Of a DNA stretch of 64,000 nucleotides, positions 14,233 through 32,117 are shown piece by piece. This DNA comes from Chrysomallon squamiferum. Taxonomy: Eukaryota > Animalia > Mollusca. The DNA is taken from the NCBI GenBank assembly GCA_012295275.1, contig CM022672.1, forward strand, positions 31,992,001 through 32,056,000, given 5' to 3'. The notes beneath the pieces were generated by a model that searched no databases, was not told where the DNA came from, and saw nothing but the letters and a program-made list of their open reading frames with translations. The first letter of the stretch is position 1; every line of letters starts with the position of its first letter. Position numbers and translations under genes: made by a program.

Positions 14233-15018
14233 TGTTGTCCTTTTTATTAAAATGAATTTACTTTTTAAAATGAATTTATTTTAATCTATTTTACACTTTA
14301 CAGAATTATAATGCAGTGACTGAGGGTAATGTGTAAGTAAACCTATCACTTTTGTTAATATATTATCAGATTTAAATTAAAATAACCTTCTTGGACAAGC
14401 ATGTTTTTTTACAGAAACGCTTCTGATCAAGAAATAAATTATAAGAAGAGGAAAGGCGCACGCATTTGCGTATGTCACTGTGTATGTGTGTGTGTTGTTG
14501 TGTGTGTTTGTGTGTGTTTTTGTGTGTCGGTGTCAGTTTGTGTTTGTGTGTCGTATGTGTGTTTTTGTGTCGTGTGTGTGTGTTTTTTTGTGTCGTGTGT
14601 TTTTTTGTGTGTTTCATTGAGCGTGTTTACTGTTAAAACAAAACAAAATCGTTGCAAAATATAATTACTCGTATTTTTTTCTTAGTTGGTTCCTTACTTA
14701 TCTCCCTTTCTTAAAGTTACACAGTGTATATACTATTCACCTTTATTTGAAATGTATGCGAACGTTAAAGCATGAGTGAGTGTGTAACTGAGCAAGTGTG
14801 TGACACACATCTGTTTGTATGTGTGTTTATAGGTCTATGCTTATAGGTGTATGTGTGTATTTCACTAGAACGTATGGCACCCATTCGCCCGCCCTCCGAA
14901 GGCGGAGGATGTTACCGTTCGGTCACCGGGACATGTTTGTATGTGTGCATGTGAGAGATTATGGGTGTGCGTTCAATGGTGAAACAGGAGACGTATTTGT
15001 ATGTGAAAGAAAGTGTAG

Positions 15019-15079
<61 letters not shown>

Positions 15080-15193
15080 TTAGAGAGCGAGAGGACGGGT
15101 ACAGAAATTTTATATGTGGAATATTGGCTGCTGGGGGATTTTAACCTACACTGATTTTTCAATGAGCATTTATTATTATTATTATTATTATTA

Positions 15194-15237
<44 letters not shown>

Positions 15238-15535
15238 TTTATGTTGTTGTTGATGTTGTTATTATATTGTTATTTTGATCGTGGTATTACTTTTTCTATT
15301 TTTCTTTTATTCTATTTATCATTATTGTCTCAATCGTTATTTTTATTGTTTCGTTTTGCTTTTGTACATTTCGTTATTAATAATGAGCAATAGATTCATC
15401 TAATAGCGTTTCTTTTTTCTATTTGTTTGTTTTAATTATTATTTATTTTTTTTTTTTTTTTTTTTTCTGTACCGTGGAATTACAATTTTTGTTTTTCTTT
15501 TTGTAAAATGAAGAAAATCAACAGGAGAGACATTT

Positions 15536-15928
15536 TTTTCCCGCCAGCTCAGTTATTTTTTCCGCGAGAATTGCAGATGTCAGTTATATTACTTCAGCAT
15601 CAACCAATCAGCGATCAGACGAAACACACGTGGTAATTTTTTTTTTTATTTAAATTTCCCTTTTTCGCGCCATTTAAAGTTTGGGAGGCTTGGTGTTAAA
15701 GGTTCATAATATTTTCAAAGTAAGAATTTACCTGACACAAAATCGAAACAAAATAAAATAAAATAAATAAATAAATAAATAAAACCTTTTATTTCCTTGT
15801 GCAAGCAAATACAAGGCTGTATCAGGATAGAAACCTTAATTTTATTTATTTATTTATTTATTTATTTATCATTTTGTTTCTTTCTTGCTCCCCTATCTGT
15901 TTTTGTTTTTTTCTTCAGTTATTTTATA

Positions 15929-15997
<69 letters not shown>

Positions 15998-16130
15998 TCA
16001 TAACATTTGTTGTTGTCCTTCTTGCAGTAAACAACGTTAAAAGAAGCGTCAAACGTTGAACAAGAATGTGGCTAAAAAGCGCAAACAAAAATTTCATTTC
16101 TTAGGGCCGTCTTTCCGAGGCTCTGGTAAA
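15536..16130 (+). promoter_or_regulatory. E2F/NF-Y-type promoter with two small downstream exons
   Basis: E2F-like TTTTCCCGCC (15536) and TTTTCGCGCC (15662) followed by TTTAAA, CCAAT (15604), E-box CACGTG (15627), donor GTAAGA at 15720, and an AG/GT-bounded exon ~16028-16126. Confidence 0.6.
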
Positions 16131-16663
16131 TGTTTTATTTCCATGATGAGATATAACATGTAACAAACATATTCAGTTAATTAGTGTTGTGTGATACGTG
16201 TAGTGATGTTTGTGTATGTGAATGTAAGTGTGTGTCGGGCTGAGGGTTGTAGAACGTGCTTGTTTTCGAGGGTGGAATGGATGTTTATATACTTGCAAAA
16301 CCATCAGTTTTAGTAAAGACTGTTAATTTATATCGCTGTATTATTTATATGTAACATTATGTTTTTATATGCTATTATATGAGTGTCATGTAGGGGCCAG
16401 TGTTTTTTTGTGTGATTTGTTTTTTTCCTCTCATATTCTGTGAACTACACAATAAATATGTATCTGTGACTGGATGACATATACTGACTGTGATAACAAA
16501 TGAAGTGAATTCTCAGGAAATGTGTTGTCTCTCATGTGAAGAGTTCAATGTATTTGGTTACCTACTTTGTTAAACTTTATTATTCAGTTTAAGCAGTTAA
16601 CCTTTAAGGTATTTATGTAAACCTGTAATATTAATGGTGTTTTTTTTTTTTTTTCATTTCAGG

Positions 16664-16697
<34 letters not shown>

Positions 16698-17264
16698 GTA
16701 TTACTTTAGTTGTAATCCTAAATATTTTAATTATTAGGATACAGTGTTAAGAAAAGAATACAAAGGTTAGTAAATATCATAAATGAATTTTGTAAATGTC
16801 TGTTTATGAATCTAGAATAGTGTGTTTTGTGATTATATAAGACTATAGTAGATTATTTAATTTGTATGATTGTTAACTTTGTGATCGTCAATGAGATAAA
16901 ATGAATTTTTCAAAGATCCATTAAAAAATCTCAATCATAAGAAAGAAAATATCAGAATTCAGTCCACTGCAGCTTTTACAGTTAGAACACATTTCAGTTG
17001 ACTGCAAAATGTACAGTCATTGATTTGTAGAGTAATACTTGAGAACTGACAAAAAGCAAAAGATTTATCTAAAAATAATATCGTAACATGAAATAAACTT
17101 TATCTAAGGATCCAATACTTCATCCAGTAGATCAAAACTATCATTCATTTTCAAAATAAAATTTTATTAACATTGATTTTGAAATTAATAAACTCCAGAA
17201 ACAATATATTTCTGAACTGAGATATATTATCCAGGAATAACAGTTAAACAGTATTACAAATTTG

Positions 17265-17316
<52 letters not shown>

Positions 17317-17325
17317 AATAAATAA

Positions 17326-17358
<33 letters not shown>

Positions 17359-18251
17359 AAAAGAAAGAAAGCAAATATTTATGAAAAACATATATAATAG
17401 AAAGTAAATACAACAAATCACTTTTCTTTTCAATCTAATAACTATTGAAACAGCCCTATTATTGCTTATTTATTTACTATATTTAAAATAACAAAATTTA
17501 ACTTTATAACTATTTAAAGTAAAAACAGTTCACTCGTGAACCTGCTGGTTTTTAGTATTTAACAAGTTATTAATGTGTTTATCTCTTGATTACAAAATTT
17601 GTTGAAATTACTCGTGGTTTGAGATTATGGTGTGGTTTCCTCTCTACTGTCGCAGACGACAGAAGCTAAGACGGCATTCGGGAAGGTTCGGAATGATCCG
17701 AATGGTCACGACCAGTTTTAACGATACTGAATCAGCGAGACTCGCGGTTTTGTTTATCAAGACTACAGTTAACCACATGCATATCCGGCGTTCACAGTTA
17801 GTGTTTATAAAAAATATTGGCAAAATAAGATAAGCCAGTACGTCCAATTTATCGAACTACGAGCAAACCTTTTATGTGAAATAAATATTTGAGATAAAGT
17901 AATTAATAGTGGCTCTTGAATTATAACTTATAGATAAACAGGTCAAGTCGCCCAAACGGATCTTTGGCCATTTCAAGCCCGCTGCCCTGTATTAGTGTAT
18001 AAGTGTATTACAGAGTATACAGTATAACTGTAGTGTATATTATACAATATAGGCCTATATATATATTTCGCAAAGTAATATTTAAAACTATATATGTATA
18101 TACACATTTTTAATATACTAGCTGTTATGAAGTGGATAGGTATATTTAAAAATTTATTTAAAATTTTGTTGTGTGTGAAAAACATTGTTTTATATATATT
18201 TATCATGCTGATATTTTGAAGTAAAATACAGTTGTTATTGTTCTTGTTATT

Positions 18252-18283
<32 letters not shown>

Positions 18284-18342
18284 AAAATCTTTTACAACTA
18301 TTAATCATGTATATTTGTTATATATTTATTTTGTATTTACAG

Positions 18343-18684
18343 ATGGTTGAATTTCCACTGGAGTCCATATTGTCCAAGATGTTTGTCATGTCATTTCACT
18401 TGGCCTGTAGTTCTGGAATTGTCACAGTTGTGTCTGTGTTGTCTGTGCAGAATGTTTTATACAGACCAGAGGTTTGAAATTCATTTTTTGTATTGGTATC
18501 ACAAATATGATTAAGCTATTATAACATTAAACATCCAAAATTATTATTAAACAAATTTTACATAAAACATCTTTTGTATTGAAGATGAAAAAAAATACAT
18601 ACAAGGAAATGAATTTATTGTTTTTAAAAACAGAAAGAAGTAAAATTATTCATGAATAAAATAAATTATTTTTCCTCCATCCTA

Positions 18685-18719
<35 letters not shown>

Positions 18720-18960
18720 GAAATAATCTTTTTTAAAAAAAAAATGTTTGACACAATGAAAGTTTTGTCACTAAACTGAAAAAAAAAAAAAAAGCTTTCA
18801 TTTTTTCCTTTTGTTGGTTATTATGAACAATAATAAAATACAGAAAAATCTCAGCAAAATCAATTTATTCTGACTAAATAATTTGTTATTCTAATATTTT
18901 AGGTGATATTTAAATAGTAATTTGTTTTTGTTTCCAGAGATTACCAATGATAAATTTTAT

Positions 18961-19002
<42 letters not shown>

Positions 19003-20830
19003 TATAATTTTATTTATTAGAGTTATCAGTAATAAATGTTACAATTTTTTAGTTAACTCATTTCATTGTTAAGGTTTATCAATGATAAATGTAATTTATG
19101 ACTTTACAGGATAAACAAGCTCTTTCTGTTCAGAAAAAAGGCCAGGTTCCTTCAGGCCAAGGATGACCACTTGACCATGTGTGTAGTGCACAGTTCAGTG
19201 AAGAACAGTCACTTCTCCAGTCCTGACTGTTAAGAGAAATTTGTACAGACTCAGACACTCAGATGTACTCAACATGTTTGTAAACAGATGCTGGGTATAA
19301 TGGACAGGTAATTCAGTTTACTACCAGATTTTATAAACTTTAAAATAATAAATTACTTAATTTCATCTGAGAATGTTTTAATATTAATATTATTAGATAT
19401 AATTTTATTGTTTATTTGTAAATACAGACTTTGTCATTGATTTACCAACTGTGATAACATAGCTGTAAGAGGAAATAGTCAACTGAACATGTATTTTATA
19501 AAGTTTAAATTTAAAAATTAAGAATAAGATAAACATTTTAGATTGTATTTGATATCAATTTAAAAATGTAAAAAAAAAAAGAATGTATATTTTATTTTTA
19601 AAATTATTAGATTCATACTTAAAGGTTCTCACTTGATTTGTTCAAATTTGTTTTAAACAGACACATTCCCAGATAATAAAAAGTACAGGAACAACAAGAA
19701 ATATTTTAATAAATACAGTTTGACTTTATTTTATTTTAGTTAAATTTTATTTCACTCTACATATATATTAGTTGAAAACATCACTCCAAATTCAAATGAA
19801 GACATAAAATTGTAATAGTTGTTCAAAAAAAATGTACAATTAATGTTTTATTTTCAGAAACAAGCTGGATGTTATGTCAGAATCACCACAGAGTACAGAA
19901 ATCTATTTACAGCAGATTCTTACAGCAAAGAAATCACAGGACAGTTACAGACAATCAGATGTTTTACATCAGTGCTGTTTTAACAGGCTGAGTGATTGGT
20001 AAGTAAAGTGTATGTACATTACATTTGTAATACTATTACTGACATTTTTTCTTTTAATGTATGAATGTCATGTCTGATTTTTTGGACACAAGCTGGTGTT
20101 GTACACAGAGTACAGAAATCTATTTACAGCAGATTCTTCACATCATGTTAGTTTAACTGTCTGCTTGACTGGTAAATAAATGTAAACTTTTCTCTCACAA
20201 ATTTTAATAAACTTTTCCCTCAGGCCTTTCGGTAACCATGAAGTGTGAAAAATAATTTTAAATGGTCTGTTTCAGATGACAGTTATTAATTATTATTTTT
20301 GATAATGACAGTGTAAGAAAAAAACCTACATTTTCACTGTTAATTAAGTCAGCTATTTTTATGTTCAATTTTCAGTGTACATTTTTTAATACATGAGTAA
20401 CAGACTGCACAAATCAAGATTGATACTACAATCTGTTGCTTCTCATCTCAACTCTCTACTATTAAGTCACAAAATATCACACTTGAATTATATCTATTCT
20501 TCATTTTGTATAATCCCAGATTCAGAAGTAAACTTTTATAATCAGGACAAATTAATACTGTTTATACAATTCTGAATATTATTTTAGTTTTAATAAAAAC
20601 ACATTTATTTTTGTTTTAAATTTTCAGGGTTGTTTATAATGAGAAGTGTTAATGATAATCATCTGTTCATTCTAAATGGCTTCTTGAGTTTGCCTCCAAG
20701 TTTTTGAAATTTTCTGATCACACTGAACTAAGCAAGCAGAAGAAATAGCAGAAGATGAAACATTTCAACAAAAAAAAAAGAAAAGAAGCTGAATGTCTGG
20801 AGAATACTGAGAACTTCTAGAAAAATCCAC
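18343..20830 (+). pseudogene. DHX8: Unprocessed 3' fragment of DEAH-box splicing helicase DHX8/PRP22 (HA2 plus OB-fold/C-terminus); exons 18343-18471, 19110-19307, 19858-19998, 20628-~20830
   Basis: AG/GT-bounded exons translate to [43 protein letters not shown] | DKQALSVQKK..FLQAKDDHLT..KQMLGIMDR | NKLDVMS..RVQKSI..FNRLSDW | VVYNE..KWLLEFASKFLKFSDHTELSKQKK..NVWRI. These are colinear with DHX8 as recalled (MAEFPLEPML..LSVQNVFYRPK DKQALADQKK..KQMLGIMDR HKLDVVS..FNRQPEW VVYHE..KLSKQKK). Splice phases are compatible; frameshifts and stops occur in the last three exons. Confidence 0.9.
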
Positions 20831-22499
20831 ACCAAACAAAAAGTTTAAAAACATTACTTGTGTAAGTCATGGACTACACTTAGTGAATAATTTATAAAAC
20901 TGTGAAACTGTGATTTCAGATTGGAAGTCACAATGTTGTTCATACAAGATATAGTTACATACAGACCAATATACATAATGTTTGGACCAGACACAGCAGC
21001 AAGTACAGTCAGGTCTGTGTAAAAAAATCTTTAATTTTAAAAAATTATTTATTAGAAATCCTTGATTACTGCTTTGAAAAAACAAAAAGTACACATTTTA
21101 TATAAAGGTGTTTGGTCCAGGGGAGATAATTTCATTTTTCTGTTTTATTTTTTGTATTTCTTATTTTATTTTATTTTTTAAATCTACTGAATTATCTATA
21201 CCAAATATAAAATAACAAAGAACACCAAGACTTCTGGTAAAGATTTAGCCAATAAACGTATCTTAATAAAACATAAAATGGAAGTAGATAATTTTATGTT
21301 TTTTTGGAAGATAAATCAGAAGTTATAAATTTTCTGAATAAATACTTTTCAGATTACAAGTTATTTGTTATTTTTTTCTGTAAATAAATATCTTGGTATT
21401 TTTTATTTCATTATTTTGAATGTTTTATTATTGTACTTTTGTTGGATAGATCAGAAATCTTGGTATTTTTATATTTTACAACTCCCTTGGCTCTGATCTT
21501 AAAAACCTTATAAAACATTTTAAAACAAATTTAATTTAAAAGTTCAATTGTATCATGCTTTTCTAAATTTGTATTTAAGGATTTTCATAACATTTTTCTA
21601 AAATTATGTTTTTTTATATGAAAAAGTAGTTTTGATATAACTTGTTTTTTTTGTTGAAATAAATATTTCAAATTATTTTGTATTATGTTTTTAATTTAAT
21701 ATTTTTAGCTAGCATTATCAAACATCCTAAGGTGAGGAACATTTTTATTTACATAGTTTTGGTACATTAACCGAAACTCAATAAACATTATAGATTCTTA
21801 TATATTAGTAGCTGTACAAAATTATTTTAATTTTCTGATTCAGGTTGAGTGCATGAAATGTCCGTAACACAGAGAGAAAACAAATCACAGACTAGTTGAG
21901 AAGACAACAACTGTTATAGTCACTGATACTGTTTGGTGCTTGGAACTCATGTGAACTTCTGCACTGTTAACCTTTTAATATATATATATATATATAATAA
22001 AAAAAAATTATTGATGCAGCCTCTAATAAAACTATTATTTAATTTACAAATATTGTTTTAATTAAAAAAATGTCTGTGTGCTTTAGAGTCATCAGACACT
22101 GGTCAGAGGAGTTTTGTTAATTTATTATCAATGTGACAAAAATAATAATGTGGAAAGTTTTTTGAAGGGTTCCAGAAAATTGATGGTGTAAGTTTAAGAA
22201 AAGATAAACTTCAGTTTGATTGATGTTTCAAATACAAGTTTCCCACCTGTTCCAGTATATGATGATTAGGCCTTTCGGTGTCCTAACATTATGTTTTCCT
22301 GAGATATGTAATTATATACTAGGATCTGAAATAGATTGTGATTAGCAATGTTTATTTAATCTTTGTAGAAACTGATATTTGTTACAAAAATCACATTAAA
22401 TAATTTACTATTTATACAGATTTATAATAATTCCTGATTATGTATTAGAAAATATCAGACATCATATCAGTAAATTTGAAAATCTCTTGTTCTCTATTC

Positions 22500-22541
<42 letters not shown>

Positions 22542-23504
22542 CTGTTAAGACTAAGACATTATTTTTTTTTTAAAAAATCTAATCTGTCAGTAAAATTTAG
22601 CTGTAACAAAAAGTCATGATGAGGATTGGTTCAAATCTAAGATTAATATTGTATTTAGGATTCATTAGATTTAAGATTATGGATATGATTAAATTCAGTG
22701 CTAGGAAATATATTTAAAACTTAATTTAATTCAATACATCCTTCATTCAAGACACATTTTAGATCAAGGCAAGGATTAGATTGAAAATAACATTTAATTG
22801 CAATAAGCAATCTATTACATAGGCAAAGTGCAAATTACTTCCATGGCTATTTACTAGGTTTAAAGGAACTTTCCAATTTTAATTAAATAAATGTCTGTGA
22901 AAGTATAGACTTTAGACTTATAGTCTAAAAGTTTAGATAGTTTTAGTAATTAGGTTAGGGTTAGAGTTAGGGTTAGAATTAAAATAAAATGTAGCTGAAT
23001 TTTATATTTATTTATTTATTTATTTAAGCATATTTAATTTATTATTATTACTTTGTTTAGAACAGGGTCAGGATTTGGTAACAGATATGAAAATAACGTT
23101 TGATGGTTAATAAATGTTTCATTTTATAAATAGCTTTAGTATTACTGTTAATCATAATGTTATGGTTAAAATCAGGGTTTGCTTTAAAATCAAATTTGTC
23201 TTAATACAAATTTACCTTTCAAGTAAAATTTAAAAATAAAATCATATTGTTTTTTATTAATGTGTTGTTAAATATGTTTAGAATAATGGAGAGGGAAGGG
23301 TTAGGATGAGAATAAGTGTAGGGATAAGTTAAATGTTTGGTTCAAAACAAAGCTACGTCATAGTATGTGAATAAACATTTTACTAAATAATTTATTTCTT
23401 TAAAACAATTTTAAAAATTATTTTTAATCATGTGTAATGTTTATCAGTGAATTAGCTCACTTATTTTGAAACTACATTCATAACTTCCAAGCACCCTCTG
23501 TATA

Positions 23505-23556
<52 letters not shown>

Positions 23557-23967
23557 GTATTAATACCAATGACAATGATGATAATAATTTAATTTAAAAG
23601 ATAGAGATTATCTTATTGATATATCTATACACTGCATTACATTAGGTAAATGAAACTACATTAATTTAGATGGAAACTGTAAAAAGTACATTTTTCTAGA
23701 TACTATTGTGATTTATGATTTTGATATAATTTACTATTTCTCTAATGAGATAATAAATAGTACTGTTTTCTGGATTAATGTACTTATTATTACTTAAAAT
23801 TATTCAAAATCATATGTTTTAGATTTTTCTACATGGTTTAGTTTCTAACTTGATAACTGAAATACTTTTGAAAATGAATTTGTTTTATATATAATCCATA
23901 CAGTTATGAATATTCATTATGCATCCATTATGTATGCAAATAGTATAAATGTGACTTCAAACTAGTT

Positions 23968-30026
<6,059 letters not shown>

Positions 30027-30049
30027 TTTTCTCCATCTTGTGCATGTTT

Positions 30050-30300
30050 GGGAAATCCTTTACCGAAACCGGTAAAACATATCGGTGTTTTCTCGGGTTT
30101 TAGTAGGCGTTAATCACTTGTGCATTTACTGTAACAACAATGTTTTGTTAGTAACTATTCTGTTATGAAACTTCAATGACTAACATTTAAACTTGAGCTG
30201 TTTATCTACTAGATGTTGTTTAAAAGGGGCGTGGTGTTATAAGAATTCAGCCAAGTGGGCGGAGCTACTGATTGCAGCGTCATCTAAAAATAGACGCAAG
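30050..30300. promoter_or_regulatory. CpG-containing promoter relic upstream of the FBXL pseudogene
   Basis: GC boxes GGGGCGTGG (~30226) and GGGCGGAGC (~30257), plus local CpG enrichment directly 5' of the F-box exon. Confidence 0.5.
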
Positions 30301-30736
30301 CTGGAATTTATACAGGTGGTATTTGATTTAGTATTACTAGTTGTGGAATTGCTAAGGAAAGGATAGTATTGAATTAATAAGCTTCAGTATTAGTTGTTTA
30401 GTAAATCGTTGATGGTTAGTAGAACAACATATTATTATGTTAATGTTATTTATAGGTATTTGAAAAGTCCGAATGTCACCGATCAAATCAAATATTTTGA
30501 TTGGACAGTTATTTTTGTACAGGGTTTTCCCCATTTGCACTGGAAATGATGTAGTGTAATGATCTATCCATCCATGTATCAAGCGACGAATTACTCTGTT
30601 AAAAATTAAAACATATTTCCTAAGTAAAGAATAAAATAAAATAATTATAACATACTTTAAAGCAAAAATTTTAATAAGTGGTCTTCATATTTAAACAATA
30701 AAGTGAACATTATAAAGAATACCATAACTACTAAAA

Positions 30737-30772
<36 letters not shown>

Positions 30773-30778
30773 ACTAAC

Positions 30779-30871
<93 letters not shown>

Positions 30872-30943
30872 AATAATAATAAATAAATAAATAAAGTTAG
30901 GGTGTTAGCAACCTTTGTTTAATATCCTTATCGTATTATATGT

Positions 30944-31004
<61 letters not shown>

Positions 31005-31136
31005 GAAAAACCGACAAACTTACGCAACATTTCAATAACCATTTTAGCATACTTAAAACAAAGTTTTATATATTTTTAAGACCTCAACAAACCAAGAAAC
31101 AGTCATGTCAAGTAAATTTCTAACAGAATCTCAGTG

Positions 31137-31408
31137 TTATCTTTGTACACAGTCTTCTTAATTTCTACATAAATACTAGATTTAGCTGACAGTTTATCTT
31201 TGTATATTTCTTACATAAATACTAGATTTAGCTGACAGTTTATCTTTGTACACAATCTTCTTAGTTTTACCTAATACTAATTTAGCTGACAGTTTATCTT
31301 TGTACACAATCTCCTAAATGTTTACATAAATACTAGATTTAGCTGACAGTTTATCTTTGTATACAATCTTCTTAGTTTTTACATAAATACTAGATTTAGC
31401 TGACAGTC
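31137..31408 (+). repeat. Minisatellite, about 5 copies of a ~45-57 bp unit
   Basis: Repeated TTATCTTTGTACACAATCTTCTTAGTTTTTACATAAATACTAGATTTAGCTGACAGT with variants. Confidence 0.9.
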
Positions 31409-31564
31409 CAACTTTATTTATAAAATAGGTTGTTTTAATTTTAGATTTTTTTTTTCAAAGAAACAATATTTTTCTCAAATGTTTCAAGAATTTTTGTCAC
31501 ATAAAGACAATATTAGAAGAAATAATTGTTTTCACCTGCAACCTAACTTGAACCAATATAAACA

Positions 31565-31680
31565 TTTTCCTTCACGGGCTACTCTTTCCAGTTAGCAGCA
31601 AAGGATCACTGATATGAACCATCCCACAGACAGGAGAGTACGTAACATGGTCATTATTATACCAGCTGTGAAGACTACCA
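31565..31680 (+). mobile_element. SINE core relic (Nin-domain-like, abundant in molluscs)
   Basis: GGGCTACTCTTTCCAGTTAGCAGCAAAGGATC..CCATCCCACAGACAGGA resembles, from memory, the conserved Nin-SINE central domain. Confidence 0.55.
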
Positions 31681-32014
31681 AGTCGAGTTTTCTTGTAAAT
31701 AGAAAGCTAATTCTTTAAATATATATGTCCACAACAGCTAACTCTTGTGCACTTCATAATAAGCTGTACGGGAGTTATCTCCCTTCAATTATCTCATTCA
31801 TAGATTCCATTGCTATTAACTCATCAAAAATTCATATTTACGATACTGTCCTCTGAACTAATCCTTTTATTCAAACTTTTAGTGCTTTTTTTTAAAGAAT
31901 CGAATCCTTCATTTTAATGTGGAGAGAGAGAGAGAGAGAGAGAGAGAAAAGTGAAAGATAATGTGTACATTTCTTCCTAATAGTGTTTTACTTTTTCGTT
32001 AAACACAAAGAATG

Positions 32015-32117
<103 letters not shown>

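Noticed and set aside
16143-16243. Possible C/D-box snoRNA (ATGATGA ... CTGA)
   Set aside because: Minimal terminal stem, atypical position just after a donor site, and no recognisable rRNA guide.
17600-17995. CpG-rich block before the DHX8 fragment, possible TE end or promoter
   Set aside because: No matching pair of TIRs, TSD or clear motif set found; left unassigned.
22950-22980. TTAGGG-like repeats
   Set aside because: Only a few degenerate units; insufficient to call an interstitial telomere.
31137-31408. Regular repeats resembling a CRISPR array
   Set aside because: Head-to-tail units without unique spacers in eukaryotic context: a minisatellite.
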